Source: Octopus sinensis
Lineage: Eukaryota
Length of the DNA: 64,000 bases
Direction: 5' to 3'
NCBI RefSeq assembly: GCF_006345805.1
Contig: NC_043016.1
Location: 124,001-188,000, forward strand
A program made the translations under genes and the position numbers. This document shows positions 27,085-40,100 of the stretch, piece by piece (position 1 is the first letter of the stretch; each line of letters starts with the position of its first letter). Under the pieces are notes generated by a model, which was not told where the DNA came from, ran no database searches, and saw only the letters and a program-made list of their open reading frames with translations.

Positions 27085-27388
27085 ATTGGCCCAGTGGTTT
27101 GGGCAGCGGACTCGCGGTTGTAGGATCGTAGTTTCGATTCCCAGACCGTTGTGAGTGTTTATTGGGTCGAAAACACTTAAAGCTCCACGAAGCTGCGGCA
27201 GGGGATGGTGGCGATCCCTGCTGTACGCTTTCGCCACAACTTTCTCTCACTTTTTTCTCTGTTGGCCTGCTCGCTTCGCCAGCGCGGTGGGTGGCGTCAT
27301 TTGAAGGCTAAAACAATGCGAAGCGTATGTGACCAGCGATGTGTAGCAACATCTAATAACCTGGTCGGTTCACGGTGATCACGTGATA
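27085..27388 (+). mobile_element. tRNA-derived SINE family C, tail type 2
   Basis: GGCCCAGTGGTTTGGGCAGCGGACTCGCGG...TTCGATTCCC head; tail ends GTGATCACGTGA(TA)n. Confidence 0.8.
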
Positions 27389-27531
27389 TATATATATATG
27401 TGTGTATGTATGTGTATTATATAATATATATATATTATATAGTATATATATATATTATAATAGTGTATCATATATATATTTATTATAATAGTGTATCAGC
27501 ATATATATATATATATATTATATAATAGTAT

Positions 27532-27570
<39 letters not shown>

Positions 27571-27603
27571 ATATATATATATATATATTTATTATAATAG
27601 TGT

Positions 27604-27640
<37 letters not shown>

Positions 27641-28100
27641 ATAATAGTATGTCATATATATATACATATATATTCTATAACATATATATCTTCATATGTC
27701 GATCTATCTGTCAATCATTCCATGTATAATCTATCGTATAAATATTTAACTTGTCATTCCACATTATTCTTTCCTCCTTTATGTATGATGTTGATTCTTC
27801 TCATTTGTCTCCTACTCCTTTCAACACTTTTACCTCTTCGTCAGCTCTACCTTTCTACATTCTCTATCGCCCTTTCCGTTCCCCCCCTCTCTCTCACTCT
27901 CTCCCTCTCTCGCTCACACTCTCTCTTTCACTCACACTCTCTCTTTCACTCACACTCTCTCTCTCTTTCTGTTTTCACTCATCCCCATCTTCTCATCCTC
28001 TATTAAACTATACATTCAATGTCCTTTATGTCGCCCTCTGATTGAGGATGCGTGAACGGAAGGCGCGTGTCTTGATGCGTATGTGCGTATGTCAGTAAAC

Positions 28101-28135
<35 letters not shown>

Positions 28136-28762
28136 TACACACAAGCAGACACAAACATGTATATATATATATATATGTGTGTGTGTGTATATGTTGTATA
28201 TACACACACATACATGCATGTACATGTACGGATCTATGTTTGTAAATATATATATATATAAATGTGTGTGTATGTGTGTATATAAAGACATAAATACTTA
28301 CGCACAAACACTCACACACACACACACACATACACACACACACACACACACATACACACACACACACACAGAGAAAAATCCCTTTTCTCGCTACGCCTGT
28401 CCTCCCTACACACTCTACATAATTAAGTAAGAAAGCAAAAATAATCAGTGTACATTTTAATTCCTGGACGCTTGATATCAAAATAAAGATAACCAAATAT
28501 TTAAAGACTGAGAGTGTGGATTTACCGGAAAAACAACAATTTAACATGGCGGTTTGGAACCGGCTTTGCTTACGTACATAACCGTAACACACACTTTTTA
28601 TTGTAATTCAATTTATCAGAGTAGCTCCTCTCTCTGCATATATATATATATTAATATATATATATATGTTTAGCCTATACATGTATGTGGTGCGTAGGAA
28701 TATATGTATGTGTGCATGTACATATGTATATATGTATGTATGAATATTTGTCTATATGTTTG

Positions 28763-28796
<34 letters not shown>

Positions 28797-29149
28797 TGTA
28801 TGTATGTATGTATGCATGCATGTATGTATGTATGTATGTATGTATGTAGTATGTATGTATGTATGCATGCATGTATGTATGTATGTATGTATGTGGTATG
28901 TATGTATGTATGTATGTATGCATGCATGTATGTATGTATGCATGCATGTATGTATGTATATATTCAGACTTGGAACAGTTTGCCTTTGTAAATGGAAAGC
29001 AGAACTGCATCGACCCAGTATTGCCGGAGAAACTCTACATGTTGTACAGCTCAAACAGGCGCGTGGATGGCCCTAGCAACACTCGCTCCTCCAAGGTGAA
29101 TCAGCTCAACAGGTATTCCATCCACGAATCAGCTCAACAGGTATTCCAT

Positions 29150-29385
29150 AAGGCGGCGAGCTGGCAGAACCATTAGCACGCCGGGCGAAATGCTTAGCGG
29201 TATTTCGTCTGCCGCTACGTTCTGAGTTCAAATTACGCCGAGGTCGACTTTGCCTTTCATCCTTTCGGGGTCGATTAAATAAGTACCAGTTACGCACTGG
29301 GGTCGATGTAATCGACTTAATCCGTTTGTATGTCCATGTTTGTCCCCTGTGTTTGGCCCCTTGCGGCTAATAAAGAAATAGGTAT
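29150..29385 (+). mobile_element. SINE family B
   Basis: Full head and body; another partial copy at 29540-29710. Confidence 0.88.
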
Positions 29386-30189
29386 TCTATCCACACCTCA
29401 ATCTTTTCCTATGTTTATCTTTTTGATAGAAGTCCTTATTTCATCATTGGTTGGATTATGTCTGTCATAATCTCCTTTTGCAGCAATCCATTACTAATTA
29501 CATCATCGGCTACAGATGGGTTATAAAACAGATCGTTAAAGGTTACGTTCTGAGTTCAAATTCCGCCGAGGTCGACTTTGCCTTTCATCCTTTCGGGTTC
29601 GATAAATAAAGTACCAGTTTCGCACAGGGGTCGATGTAATCGACTTAATCCCTTTGTCTGTCCTTGTTTATCTCTTCTATGTTTAGCCCCTTCTGGGCAG
29701 CAAAGAAATATATAAAACATATCGTTAAAGTGTTCAGTCCTTCATGAATTCTGGATATTTTATGAGGGCATTCCCATTTTTTAACTTCAATGGTGCCACT
29801 TTTAAGGGCTGTGAGCCAAAGATTTACCTTATTCTGTTGCATAATACCTTCAAGTCTTTATTGACATAAATTGTGAATGGAGGGTAGATGATGATAGGGG
29901 TTAGTAGTTGAATAAATAAAGGAAGAAAGACATGAGAAGAATTCTTTAAAACAGGATCTGAGAACATTAGGTTTGAAAAATAAGCTTGTACTGTAATGGT
30001 ATGTATTGAAGAGCCTAAGGTTCTTGCCTGGAGAAAGATTGAAATTATATTAATGATCATTATAATAGTTGTGACAGTGATGACGGAGATGGAAAAAAAA
30101 TTGTGACAAAAATTACATTGATGGAAGGATGATGGCTGAGATGATATTGATTAAAAAAGAGAGATGGAACTCTTGTCGCTATGGTAAAT

Positions 30190-30450
30190 CACTGGATTGC
30201 GAAAGTTAGTGCTACTTTCGGGGAAATTCGAGAAGCGAGTGTGGTTTGATCAGGATACCACCAAAGACACGAAACTCGCTGCACATCCCTGCTGAACGCT
30301 GCAGAGCGTGGACAATATACAGTCATCATATCAAATAGCTGGTATTGCATTGTATCCGGAGCATCCTGAACGTAAGGTTGTCCTCTTACGCACCATTTAT
30401 TGTTGTGCCTGACTACAGTGCCAGCGCAAATCTGGCTGGAATTGGAGGAC
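30190..30450 (+). mobile_element. RTE-clade LINE fragment (post-RT region)
   Basis: Frameshifted IAKVSATFG / KFEKRVW / TKL / WTIYSHHIK / HCIRSILNV, resembling RTE-type consensus. Confidence 0.65.
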
Positions 30451-30490
30451 AATGTGTGTATATAAACACATACATACTTACGCGCACACA

Positions 30491-30530
<40 letters not shown>

Positions 30531-31221
30531 CACACACACACACACTCACACTCATACACATACACACTCACACTCACACACTCACACTCACACAAATACA
30601 TACACACACACAGAAATCCCCTTTTTCACTACCCGTGTCCCCTCTGCACACTGTATAATTAAGTAAGAAAGCAAAAATAATCAGTGTACATTTTAATTCC
30701 TGGACGGTTCATATCAAAATAAAGTTAATCAATGATTTCTCCTGTCAAGATCTGGGTTTATTAACCATCTAAAGTCACATGTACTAAAGAGAAATCGAGA
30801 TACTTGTGAGATGATCCTAACGCCGCGCACAATTTCCCCTTATATTATGTGGAGCAGCGCATTTCAAACGAACTGACAGAGAAAGACCTATCTTAAAATC
30901 AAAGTAAATTGTCGACTTTTTACTTTCAAGTCGAATACAACTATTTCTTGTTAACAAAAACCATTCATTTTCCGTTGTGGTTTTGTTCTCAATAACGTTT
31001 GACTCATGTGATCTGATATAAACAACGTAACGCTGAGGCCCCACTCCTTTACCAAATTAAGGGTTTTTTAAAAATATTTTATAGTCCAGTAGGGCATTTT
31101 CTTGATCAAGAAAATGTCCAGCAGGGCATTTTCTTGATCAACAAAAAAATTATATCAGCTAAGTAAAGTTGTATATGATAGCATGAACTGTTTCCTTTTC
31201 CCTTGTTCAGTTTAAATAAAG

Positions 31222-31253
<32 letters not shown>

Positions 31254-31267
31254 TGTATGTATGTATG

Positions 31268-31301
<34 letters not shown>

Positions 31302-32565
31302 TGTATGTATGTATGTATGCATGGATGCAGGTAATGTATGTATGTATGTATGTATGTATGTAGTGTATGTATGTATGAATGTATGAATGTATGTAGTTGT
31401 AGGTATGCACGTATGTATGTATGTAGGTATGTATGTATGTATGTATGTATGTATGTATGTATGTATGTATGAATGTATATATGTATGTATGTATGTATGA
31501 ATGTATGTATGTAATGTTGTATGTATGTATGAATGTATATATGTAGTATGTATGTATGAATGTATGTATGTATGTATGTATGTATGCATGTATGTGTGTA
31601 TGTATGTGTGTGTGTGAGTATAAGATACATGCACAAGCACACACACATATATATAATAATAAATATAGAAGCATCGCCTACATTGTTATAGGCGTACATC
31701 ATTTTACGCTGTTCCCTGTTGTTGCAAGCATTTGGTGATTTCTGGTGGTGCTGGCGCCGGCCTCTTGTTGGTGGCCGTGTTACAACTGTTGTTCGTATAA
31801 CGCTTGCCGTTGCTACTTCTGCTTTTCAACGATGAAAAACAGAGCAGTATTTTTCAACAGTCAGTATTGTTGCTTCTAAAAACAATAATGCAAGAAGAGC
31901 GACTACTGCCAAAACAGTGTATGGTACTCTTTATAAAAACATTTCTTACATTGCAAAACTTTCGTTCTGGAATTGAATTGTATGTAAGTGAATATAAGTA
32001 AATAGATTGACGTTTTCTGTGTATATAAACAATAGAAAGGGTGTAAAAACCAACGTACTACCAACAGGGTCGTCTTAAATCATGGGGCTACCCTGGGTTC
32101 TTGCCTAGAGACCTTGAGGGCTTAGGTGCCCAATTCTGATTTAAGTATATAGGGATAATGCTGTCCTGAGATAAGAAGAATACAGCCCAGTGTATATGAC
32201 CTTGTACTATGTACTGGACCTTCATATCGTGACTAAATGTGCTAGATATAACAGACAAATATCCTTCGCATTTCACTCTACTTACTTGAAAAAAAATATA
32301 TACATAAATAAATTGAGTGCAGTTCCTAATTCGTAGAAACTAATAGAAAAATAAGTGTAAATGTCCGTGACTAGAACGACTTTGATCCTGTGTTGTTATA
32401 TCAAATAAAGCTGGTGTTAAAACAACAGCAGCGACAACTTCAAGAGGAAGGTAACACCTATAAGACTAGATACACAATGACAAGATTTATATTTACGTGC
32501 ACGTGCGAGTGTGTCTGAGAGACAGAGAGGAAGCGTGAGGGATGGGGAGAGGTGATATGCATGCA

Positions 32566-32800
32566 GGTCGGCGAGCTGGCAGAAACGTTAGCACGCCGGG
32601 CGAAATGCGTAGCCCCTATTACGTCCGCCGCTACGTTCTGAGTTCAAGTTCTGCCGAGGTCGACTTTGCCTTTCATCCTTTTTTCGGGGTCGATAAATTA
32701 AGTACCAGTTACGCACTGCGGTCAATGTAATCGACTTAATCCGTTTGTCTGTCCTTGTTTGTCCTCCCTGTGTTTAGCCCTTTGTGGGTAGTAAAGAACG
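32566..32800 (+). mobile_element. SINE family B
   Basis: Full head and body. Confidence 0.88.
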
Positions 32801-33484
32801 CATACGTGTGTGTGTGTGTGTGTGCTTGTATGCGTAAATTCTCATGTGCTGATGCTGATCTTATTTTCTTATATGTGTTGTTGTTTTGCCGCAAGTCATA
32901 ACTGGTTATTTAAATAATACGACCAATATTCTTTTCTAACCTTCATCATACAACCCACGCCTGAGATTATGACATTCCTAGGACAACAATATCCTGATTG
33001 CATCCCCCATTTCCTCTAATTCTCTCTCTCTCTCTCTTCCCCACTTCTGTCCTTTCTTTCTTTCTCTCCCTCTTCCTCTCCCACCCTCTCTCTAGAACTT
33101 TTTTAAAGATAGGAGCGTTAAATTTTAAGACTTATTTCTTATAGGCTGGGCACCCGCTCAGAACGTCTACCGTTGGATTCTCTCTGATTGGCCTATGTGT
33201 ATCAATAATATTTGCAAATGTGACAACACATCACGAATCGGTTTGTATGATTGTAAAATCACCTTTACGTAGATTTCTCCGATGTTACGCAAGACTTAAA
33301 GTTGTAAATGTCTTTGTTCTTCGTTCTCCGTATAAAAAGATTAACAAGCATTTCATCACGATTGCCATAATCAGTGAAACATACATCTTACTAAACATAT
33401 TTAACAAGCGGATTTTAAATTTCCTTTCTTGAGAATATGAAAGCTCTCTCTATCTGCAAAAACAGAATTATATTTTCTGGATTC

Positions 33485-33584
33485 NNNNNNNNNNNNNNNN
33501 NNNNNNNNNNNNNNNNNNNNNNNNNNNNNNNNNNNNNNNNNNNNNNNNNNNNNNNNNNNNNNNNNNNNNNNNNNNNNNNNNNNN
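33485..33584. other. Assembly gap (100 N)
   Basis: Run of N. Confidence 1.
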
Positions 33585-33739
33585 GTTATTTTAGTTTATA
33601 TATTGTTTATATATTGATTATATATGGATTATATATAGGTTATATATGGATTATATATTTATATTTTTTCATTCATACTTTAATTATTTTAAAATTATTA
33701 TTTTTATATTTTAAAATATTGATATTTTAGATTGGAAGT

Positions 33740-33782
33740 CCACCTGAAGATTGTCGATCAAGACAAGAAACAATTGTAGTGG
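33740..33782 (+). ncRNA. Minimal type I hammerhead ribozyme motif (Penelope-type)
   Basis: CCAC-CTGAAGA-TTGTC gatcaa GACAA-GAAA-CAATTG-TA-GTGG: helix I 4 bp, helix II 5 bp, palindromic helix III ACAATTGT, GUA cleavage triplet. Confidence 0.75.
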
Positions 33783-33873
33783 CGGTTTTTTTGACTATTT
33801 ATTAAATTTTATGTACTGATTAAGTCTTTCCTTGTTTGTTTTGCAAAATAGTGGTTTTGTCTCTAATAATATT

Positions 33874-33994
<121 letters not shown>

Positions 33995-34023
33995 GTGTAT
34001 ATATATATATATGTGTGTATATA

Positions 34024-34062
<39 letters not shown>

Positions 34063-34090
34063 CATATATATACATATTATAATATATATA

Positions 34091-34121
<31 letters not shown>

Positions 34122-34387
34122 GAGTGGTTGTATACTGTCAACTTAACGTGACAGTCCTGTAACGGAATTACACCACTGCTGTTTAGCCCTAGGAAGCATC
34201 GATGCTTCCTGTCGGCCTTGGCACATTTCCTGTGTCTTATATATTTATGAAGGGGAGACGTAAATATATAAGGACACAGGAAATGTGTCATGGCCGACAG
34301 GAAGCCTTGATGCTTCCTAGGGCTAAACAGCAGTGGTGTAATTCCGTTACAGGACTGTCACATTAAGTTGACAGTATACAACCACTC
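34122..34387. mobile_element. Foldback/MITE-like element in (TA)n
   Basis: ~128-bp inverted arms (34122-34249 / 34259-34387), few mismatches, 9-nt loop, GAG...CTC ends. Confidence 0.8.
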
Positions 34388-35271
34388 TCTCTCTATATAT
34401 ATACATACATATATATATAAATATATATGCAAAAAACAAAAGACAAAGGTGAGAGAACAAAAAGCAGGTGTATTAATTTAATGTTCGAGAAGAACGGAAA
34501 ACTCTTTGACATTTCAAGCCTACGCTCATTGACAGAAAGGATTATATGTGTGCATATACACAAATGTTTGTGCATGGATGTGTGTGCATGGATGTGTGTG
34601 TGTGTGTGTGTATTGCATGTATTTTGTAGAACAAAAATTAAAACAGAAATACACAATAATGTTTATGACAAAAGTATGTAATCTAATGTATCTAATGCAT
34701 GGGAATAAATGTCAGTGCATGTGTGTGTGTAAGTGAGTGATTATGTGTGTTGTAACTAGCTTTTTATCTTTTATTTTTTTTACTTATTTCAGTCAATGGC
34801 TGAAGCACTGACTTGAAAAATCTACCTTAGTGTTTATTTTCAAAATCTGGTACTTGTTATATCATTTTCCTTTGCTGAATTGCAAAGTTGAAGGGATGTA
34901 AACAAATTAACACCAGATGTGAAACCTGATTGGGGAGGGGGTAAACACAAAGGTGCACACACACACACATATACACACACACAAACACACACACACACAC
35001 ATGCATGCATATTGAAGTGTAGTGAGAGAATAGATGTTTGTTCTATAATCTTTTACTTGTTTCAGTCATTAGACTGCCTGCAGCTATGCTGGGGTACTGC
35101 CCTGCGAGCACTAGTTAACAGCTGTTTCATAATCTGTGTCAGTAACATAAGTAACACTTGCTGTGAGCTGTGTTTGATTCTTTGATCCCTATTCTTATTT
35201 TATATATATGTTTGGATTAACTATATATATATATGTGTGTGTGTGTGTATATACTTATATATATATTTGTG

Positions 35272-35595
35272 CCGTTGGCATGTAAAAAGCACCATTCGAG
35301 CGTGATCGTTACCTGCATCACCTCACTGGCACTTGTGTTGGTGGCATATGAAAAAACATTCGAGTGAGGTCATAGCCAGTGCTGCTGGACTTGCTCCTGT
35401 GCAGGTGGCACATAAAAAGCACCCACTACACTCTCAGAGTGGTTGGTGTCAGGAAGGGCATTCAGCTGTAGAAACTCTGCCAGATCAGATTGGAGCCTGG
35501 CACAGCCATCTAGTTCTCCAGTCTTCAGTCAAAATCGTTCATCCCATGCTAGCACGGAAAGCGGACGTTAAACGATGATGATGATGATGATGATA
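35272..35595 (+). mobile_element. SINE family D with (GAT)n tail
   Basis: ...GGAAGGGCAT.CAGCTGTAGAAACTCTG...CCCATGCTAGCA.GGAAAGCGGACGTTAAACGATGATGAT; minus copies at 57283 and 58675. Confidence 0.8.
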
Positions 35596-35640
35596 TATAT
35601 TAGTATATTGATATTATTATCATGTTTTTAAAGTTAATTA

Positions 35641-35787
35641 TAACCTCTGACGAGGCCTATGGTTCTTTTAACATATAAGTATGATATGTTTTTTTAAATG
35701 TCTACAACCCTAATATGTTGACATCTATAAGTAATGAAAATTGGATTCACTTTTGACCATAGGCTGAAACAGCTGTAAGAAGTAATT
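35641..35787 (+). ncRNA. Degenerate type I hammerhead motif with ~90-nt loop II
   Basis: CTGACGA (35647), helix II GGCCTATGGT/ACCATAGGCT, GAAA (35766), palindromic ACAGCTGT, GUA; helix I imperfect. Confidence 0.55.
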
Positions 35788-36469
35788 ATTAGGGTTTCAT
35801 TAATTTATACTATGACTTTTAAAATCTGTATTTGTATCATTATCTTATCTATTGATTTATATAATATTTTGTATGCTTTTGATGTCCTCATTTGTAAAAT
35901 GAATAAATAATCCAACATTCTAATATCCGAAAGTTGATGAACAAACTAAATTTGTTTCTCCATTTTCTTATTTGTATTATAAATTTATGGTAAAAATATT
36001 TCTTTACTTTCACCCGTTTAATACAATAAATGAATTAATTGCATTGCAATTAAAAACATTTATGTATTAAGAATTTGGGTACTTTACCAACAGTATATTG
36101 GATAATTGATATCCCATAGTGGGTTACACCCATAACCCCTATCTTACTTTGTACTATATATATATATATATATATATATGTATTCATTCATACACAATGA
36201 CATGCAATGGGTTTCTTTCAATTTCCATCAACCAAATCCACTCATAAGGCTTTGTTGATTCAGGGCTGTGTTAGAATATACTTGCTCAAGATTCCACAAT
36301 GTGGGGCTGAATGCGGCACCATGTGGTTGGTAAGCAAACGTCTTAACACACACCAAGATCTGTTCCTGTGTATATATTAATGAAAATTATGTACTATATC
36401 TGGAGACAGTGGGGATTAAATGTATTAGATAGTTTTTATTATCTAGGTGAACAAATTTCAAAATTAAGA

Positions 36470-36886
36470 TAAACAAAGTTGTTTTTTAATCTAAAATATA
36501 CTCTCCTTCATTTTCTACAATGCTCTTCCATCTATCTGGTGGACTTGCAAGATCCCGCTTCCAAAATTCACTTGTCCTTGGACAAAAAATACTCATCCAG
36601 TACAGTTCTGACCTCATCTATGGAATTCATATTTTTTCCGTCCAAATTGTTTTGAAGACTATAGAATAAATGATAATCAAATGGGGCAATGTCCAGCAAA
36701 TATGGTGGGTGGGGCATCATTTCCCATAATGCTCCAGCCTTTGGAATGTCATCGTTTCTGTATGTAGCTGAGCATTATCCTGATGGAAGAACACTTTTCA
36801 TCTTGAAACCAAAGACGGTCGTTTTTCTTCTAGTGCTGACTTAAGCTACTCAAGCTGTTTGCAGTAGATCTCCTTTGTTATCATTT
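36470..36886 (-). mobile_element. Mariner transposase remnant (second copy)
   Basis: Colinear with 8040-8420; PHPPYLLDIA.FDYHL.YSLQNNL. Confidence 0.82.
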
Positions 36887-36900
36887 GATAGATAAATAGA

Positions 36901-37029
36901 TGTTTCTTTATTAGCCACACAGGGCTGCACACAGACGGGACAGATTACAAAGTAGAGCTTTTCTTTTTGGAGAGAGAAAAAAAAAGGTGGGGTAGGTTTT
37001 CGATCAAAAGGGATTGCAAAAGGGAATAA
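36901..37029 (-). mobile_element. 5'-truncated 3' stub of the Tx1-like LINE
   Basis: Clearly homologous, diverged match to 37189-37310; bounded by GATA repeats. Confidence 0.85.
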
Positions 37030-37151
37030 ATAGATAGATAGATAAATAGACAGATAGATAGATAGATAGAGAGATAGCTAGCTAGATAGATAGATAGACT
37101 TAGATATATAGATGTAGATAGATAGTTAGATAAATAGATAGATAGTTAGAG

Positions 37152-37188
<37 letters not shown>
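37030..37188. repeat. (GATA)n microsatellite
   Basis: Direct reading. Confidence 0.97.
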
Positions 37189-40100
37189 TGTTTCTTTATT
37201 AGCCACACAGGGCTGCACACAGACAGGACAAATTACAAGGTAGAGCTTTTCTTTTGGGAGTAAAAAAGGGGGTTTGGTTTTCGATCAAAAGGGATCGTAA
37301 AAGGAAAGAAAGAGGACAAAAAAAGGGGGGATAAAATAAAAAATTAAAAATTAAAAAAGGGGGGGAAGGGAAAGGAAAAAATTGATCAATAGGGATCGTT
37401 ATCACAGAAATGTCAATATGAAGTGTAAAGGGGAGGACAGGTGAGGTTTACCCATGGAAAGAAATGCCTACGGAAAAGACCACGGTAACCTCGGTCAATG
37501 AAGTCACATGTTATATTTCTTTTTTTTTTTGCAAATAAGCAACTCTCTGTATTAATTTTTACGGTTCATAGAATCATAGTCAAGGTGGCTTCGTCATTCA
37601 TACGTGCCATCCTTGCTACATTCACCCATCTTTTTTAAAACATTCACTAGACAAAACTTGCCTCTCTACTCTCACTTTCCTCTTCAAGTGATACTTGAAG
37701 AAGTTGATGAGAGATTGACCAGAGAGGAAAGTGTTTGTCTCTAATCCTTTCAGGCGCGTCAACCAGATACATTCTTTCGCCATAGCCACAAGTATGATAA
37801 AAATAGCTCTTCCTTTCCGTTTGAAGGAAGGAGGCGTGACGATATTAACGATAGACTCAGCTGATAAACCGACACGTCCCACACGTGACAGCAGTCGTTC
37901 GACATAAGCCCACAGGTCGGAGATTGTTGGACACTGCACGATTGCGTGCAGAGCGGTTTCGTCGCTCTGCCCGCATCTCGGGCAGGTCGGCCCCGTGTTT
38001 CTCGAGCCATGCCTATAGAGTTTATCCCGAACGGGTAGCGCTTCTCGGTAGCACCGCCAGGCCAGGGATCTCTGGAAGTTGCCCATAGGTCCCGGCCCGA
38101 AAGTCGTCCTGAACAGGCGGGTCAGGTATTCCTCGTCGACGCCCAGGTTTGCCCCAAGATCGTCGTCGTACCTCGCCTCCACGAATCCCCTATAGAATGC
38201 TTTGGTTGTGTTGAAGTCACTCGATGTCGACCCGGGACGGCAGAGTTGCTTGAGAGCAACGCGACACTCGCTGTGCCATTCGCTCTTCCTCGGCCTCTTT
38301 TTGATCCACGACTGCAGTTCGGTCATGGAGACGAGCTGCGGGAACGCGTGCCTCACAAACGGCGACCACACCTGTTCACCGTCGTCTACATAGAGCCGGA
38401 GATGTCGCAGTCTCAGCGCGTGTCTGCGCATCATCAACCATGGCATACTCAGCCCTCCTTTTAACGGGTGTTGACAGCAAATGGATCGCCTGACCATCGG
38501 GACGCATCCTTTCCACAAGAAGCGGAAGAGAATGCGTTCTAGTTTGGTGATGGTAGGGTCGGGACAAGGTACGACGGTCAGGCGGTAGTAGATGATGGAC
38601 GCGATGTACGTGTTCGCCACCTCCGCCCGACCTTTTAGGGACAGTTTCCTCTCGGCCCATTGCTGGGCAAGAGTGACCACCCTACTCGTTATCTCGTTCC
38701 AGTTCTTCTCCATTTGGAGGTCCGGACCGAACCAGACCCCGAGCAACTCGACCGGGCCGTCTGTCCAGCGTCCCACGACGGAAGTACTGGTGGACGGCAT
38801 GGGCTTGCTTCTCCAGGTGCCGAGCCGCAAGCCCACTGACTTTTCCCGGTTGATTTTTGCTCCTGTCACCGCTTCGTAGTCTTTCAGTGTCTCACCGACC
38901 AGCTCGATGTGCTCGTGGCTTGACACTATGATGGTGACGTCGTCCGCGTATGCAGACACGCTCGTCCCGCATCCCAATTCTCGCGGGATGCCCCGCAGAG
39001 TCGCCAGCTTCCGCAGTAGTGGCTCAAGAGTCAATACGTATAGAAGCGCCGAGAGGGGGCATCCCTGACGGACCGAACGTGCAATGTCGAAAGGTCTCGA
39101 TTGAGGTCCATTTACGCGAATTACCGAACGGATGCCTCTGTACAAGGCAGCTATCCAGCCGCGGAAGACGGGACCGAAACCAGCCGCTCTCAGGACTGCC
39201 TCCAAGTATCGATGGTCTACCCTATCGAAGGCTTTCGATTGATCCAAGTTGATCAGGGCCCCACCCATGCCAGGTTCCTTAACTACTCTGTCTATGATGT
39301 AGCGCATCAGATGGAGGTTGTCATGGATGCTCCGGCCCGGCACGGCGCACGTTTATGCGTTGTCGACCAGTTTCTCGATGACAAGCGCCAACCTCTTGGC
39401 TAACACCTTTGTCAAAATTTTCAGGTCTGCATTGAGCAGAGTGATTGGTCTAAAGTTATCTATAATGTTCCCCTTGTTTGGGTCTTTCTTCAGCAGCGTT
39501 ACGGCTCCTCGACTCACAAAACCGGGTATGCTCCCGTTTTGCTGCCAGTTGCAGTATACCGCTGCCAAGACGTCTCCAAACAAGTCTGGCATACAATTGT
39601 AAAACTCGTAGGGCAGACCATCCAAACCCGGCGATTTGTCTCTCGAGCATTCTGCCATCGCGTCCCGCACATCCGCCGCCGTGATGGCACCTTCGCAGCA
39701 CCCTGCCTCTCTTGCCGAGAGTCGTGGTAGGCTGTGCAGGTAGGCACTGAAGTCCACTCTGCGTTCACGCTCACCACTCGTCCCGTACAGTCGGGCAAAG
39801 TGCCGCTGAAATGTCTCGCACATCTTGCTGGGCTCGAGCAATTCGCGCCCTTGTTCATCTACCAGAGACCGAATGGTGGCTTTGTTGCCCTGCTGTGCCT
39901 CCGCCACCCGGCCTCCCTCGCGGCTCCAACACCTTCCATCCTTAGAGCACGCATCCTAGCCCTGACAGCACACCCTTCGTGTTTGGCGTTGAAGTGTTGG
40001 TCAAGGGCCAACCTCGCCGCTAACACGTCGGATGTGATGCCGCTTCTTATTGCCTCTTCTAACTTCTTAACTAACTCACCCTCTACTCTATTTCTATCTA

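Noticed and set aside
35117-35145. Minus-strand GAAACAGCTGTTA, a hammerhead-like 3' half
   Set aside because: Upstream core reads CTGACAC, not CTGANGA, and there is no helix II. The same applies to the half-motif near 51655.
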